The notes under the pieces: generated by a model
Seen by the model: the letters and a program-made list of their open reading frames with translations, nothing else
What the model was told of the DNA's origin: nothing
Databases searched by the model: none
Assembly (NCBI GenBank): GCA_039096225.1
Contig: JBBPEB010000011.1
Location: 868,001 to 932,000 of the forward strand
Origin: Blastocystis sp. Blastoise
Taxonomy: Eukaryota; Protista; Bigyra: Opalinata
Direction of reading: 5' to 3'
Length of the DNA stretch: 64,000 bases
Position numbers and translations under genes: made by a program
Shown here: positions 61,801 to 64,000 of the stretch, piece after piece
Numbering within the stretch: position 1 is the first letter of the stretch
How the letters are laid out: each line of letters begins with the position of its first letter

Positions 61801-64000
61801 ATTCAGTGGTATTCATATAATAAAAACGTTTTTCATTTGGAATAGACCATGTTTGTTTCATTCTATAATCTAATAACTCCCAGTCAGAAGATAACTCTCT
61901 TTTTCCTAAGATTTTCCATCCAGTGGGCATTTCCATAACACAAGAAGAAGGAGAAACAAAATAATAACTATTTGCATACATTCGAATATTATTATAAAAA
62001 GAATATGTTATACTAACAGTTTCACATCGAGGACCTATTTCTATATAAGTATTTGGATCATAATCAATTAAATAGCCAAGGGAATTTCCATTAATATCTA
62101 CTCTATTTGAAGATAAAACTCCATTTTGAAATATTGAATCTTGTTTATTATATATATTCATATATAGATCGAAAGAATCAGATATATTTTTAGTTGTTTC
62201 CCTTTGTTTATAAGCAAAAGGTGTAACAGGATATTGTTTATTATTATTCAATAAAGGAGATTCTATATAATCAGAATAAGAAGAAGAAATATCATTTTTT
62301 TCTTTTGTACTTATGAATATATTATTAGAAATATTAGTAGTATTAAATATAGAATATACTTTTAATGCTATAATATTTTCTCCTAATAAAAAATGAGATA
62401 AAGATAAAGAAATCCCTGTTTCTGACATATATATTGTTTTATTATAAGAAAAAACATTAAAAGAAGAAGATATTAAAGAATTAGTAATTTGATTATTATA
62501 TAATGAAGTAAGAGTATTATTTGAGTTAGAAGAAGAAATTAAATATCCATTAATATATATATCATATTCATAATCAGATTGAATACGTATATTAATACTT
62601 GTAACATTACTATTCTCTATAGTAAATATACGTCTTAAATATATAGTTTGATTCGTGAAGAATTCTATATGAGATAAAGAATTCGAATAGAACGATGAGT
62701 CATTATAATGAATAGATGTCCAATCATCAGAATCTTGAATAGAGTATATATATTTCCATATAGAAACAGAAGGAGGAAGAATATAATCTAAATTTAAAGG
62801 GAAAAATACAGAATTAGCATTTCTATTAAATGAATAAGAATAAATTTGATAGTTTCCACTAGTAGCAATAATACTACCTTCAGGGAAATAAGGAGTAGAT
62901 CGTGCATATAAATAAATATCTAATCGTTGCTTATAGAAACACATAGGATAACTATTAGTAGTATTAGTAAATAAAATAGTATCAAATAGAACAGTATTAT
63001 CATTATCTCTTGATTGTAAAACCCATTCGACATTCCCTTCTGTTTTATCAACATTAATTTTAAAATGTACATATATATAAGGATATACACAATCAGAAAT
63101 AGTAATAGTAATATTATCATGATAAACCTTACCAAATATATCAAGTACAGTAAGAACATATTGTTCATGATCTAAAAGAATAGTAGGTGTACCATATATA
63201 AAACCATTAGAAGAATCTAAAATCATACTTGGATGAAGAGAAGGCATTAAAGTATAAGCAAGATAATACTCAGTAGGTTTATAAGACATCGATATAGGTA
63301 TATTTCTAAAGAAATAAATAGATGAAGAATAATAATGAAAATCTGGAACTTTTATTTTAGTATAATCTTCTATATAATATTCTACTTGTGAAATTCCTAT
63401 AATTGATTGATCTCCATAAGAAGTATATATAGCAAAAGTTAAATTAAATCCTATATAATTTTGAAGTATAAATGGTAAATAAAAACATCGTTTTAAAAAC
63501 TTTGGATTCCAATAAAAATGTTGATCTTCAAAAAATTGTTCAGAAGTACCATTAAATAATATACCAGCTAAACTGAAATGAAAATCAATAAGATGATATG
63601 TATCAATACTACTTTTATCTAATGTACATACTTTATTAAACATATTAAATCGTGTATGTATAGTTTTATATATTAATGTTGCAGAATTTAATGTTGTATT
63701 ATGAAATAAAAACCATTGTGTAGATAATGATTTATCAAATAAGTTATAGGGTGATGTTATAATAGACTCAGGAGGATCAACGGTTATTGTAGCATCGTAT
63801 GAATAAGACTGAATATTGCTGATTTCATTAAAAAATAAATATCCATCAAAATGAAATTCAAAATCATCTTTATTTTCAACAGCATATGATGAATCAAAGA
63901 ATATAGATAGTATATTTTCTCCTTCTTTAATAAATGTAGTACTTCCCTTACAATTCTGATAATATTTATTATACTCTTTAGAAGAAGAAGAAGAAGAGAA
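58864..64000 (-). CDS. Large type I membrane surface protein: galactose-binding/discoidin-like modules, alternating He_PIG/cadherin-like and Cys-rich repeats, TM and short cytosolic tail; 5' end beyond window
   Basis: Frame open from 64000 to 59794; LPEGLSINNDTGIISGTP-type repeats alternate with C...GEW..T.....C......R.C....W....C units; one GT-AG intron (59584-59793) joins the TM exon (IFIISGIILSLIISLFISISLYYIL-KKRRK). Confidence 0.85.

Overview
A very AT-rich, intron-dense eukaryotic window. The gene repertoire (He_PIG/Cys-rich surface protein, AT-AC introns, TGTTTGTT motifs) suggests a Blastocystis-like stramenopile protist; this is inference. Splicing exons by hand gives 15 genes, in order: two tandem USP deubiquitinases (one tail-anchored), FAM177-like, REEP/HVA22, a multipass membrane protein, a START-domain protein, a PAP2 lipid phosphatase, TEX264-like, SMN-like, a 23 kb VPS13 gene, a GH20 hexosaminidase, a multi-domain CPSF30, a small Lys/His-rich protein, phospholipase B-like, and a large type I surface protein running off the right end. 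Most short ORFs in the supplied track are microsatellite or intron artefacts. Main unexplained signals: (1) a GC-rich palindromic motif family (core YCRYGR, strongest form TTCCCRYGGGAA) dispersed through exons in all frames, introns and intergenic DNA; (2) introns bounded by self-complementary (AT)n ends, some being pure GT(AT)nAG; (3) two U12-type AT-AC introns, plus two G-to-A non-canonical junctions (GT-AA, and possibly AT-AG) in the same two genes; (4) a CPSF30 built as 4xCCCH, degenerate YTH, DCD and KH. All gene models and counts were made by eye and need RNA-seq and computational confirmation.
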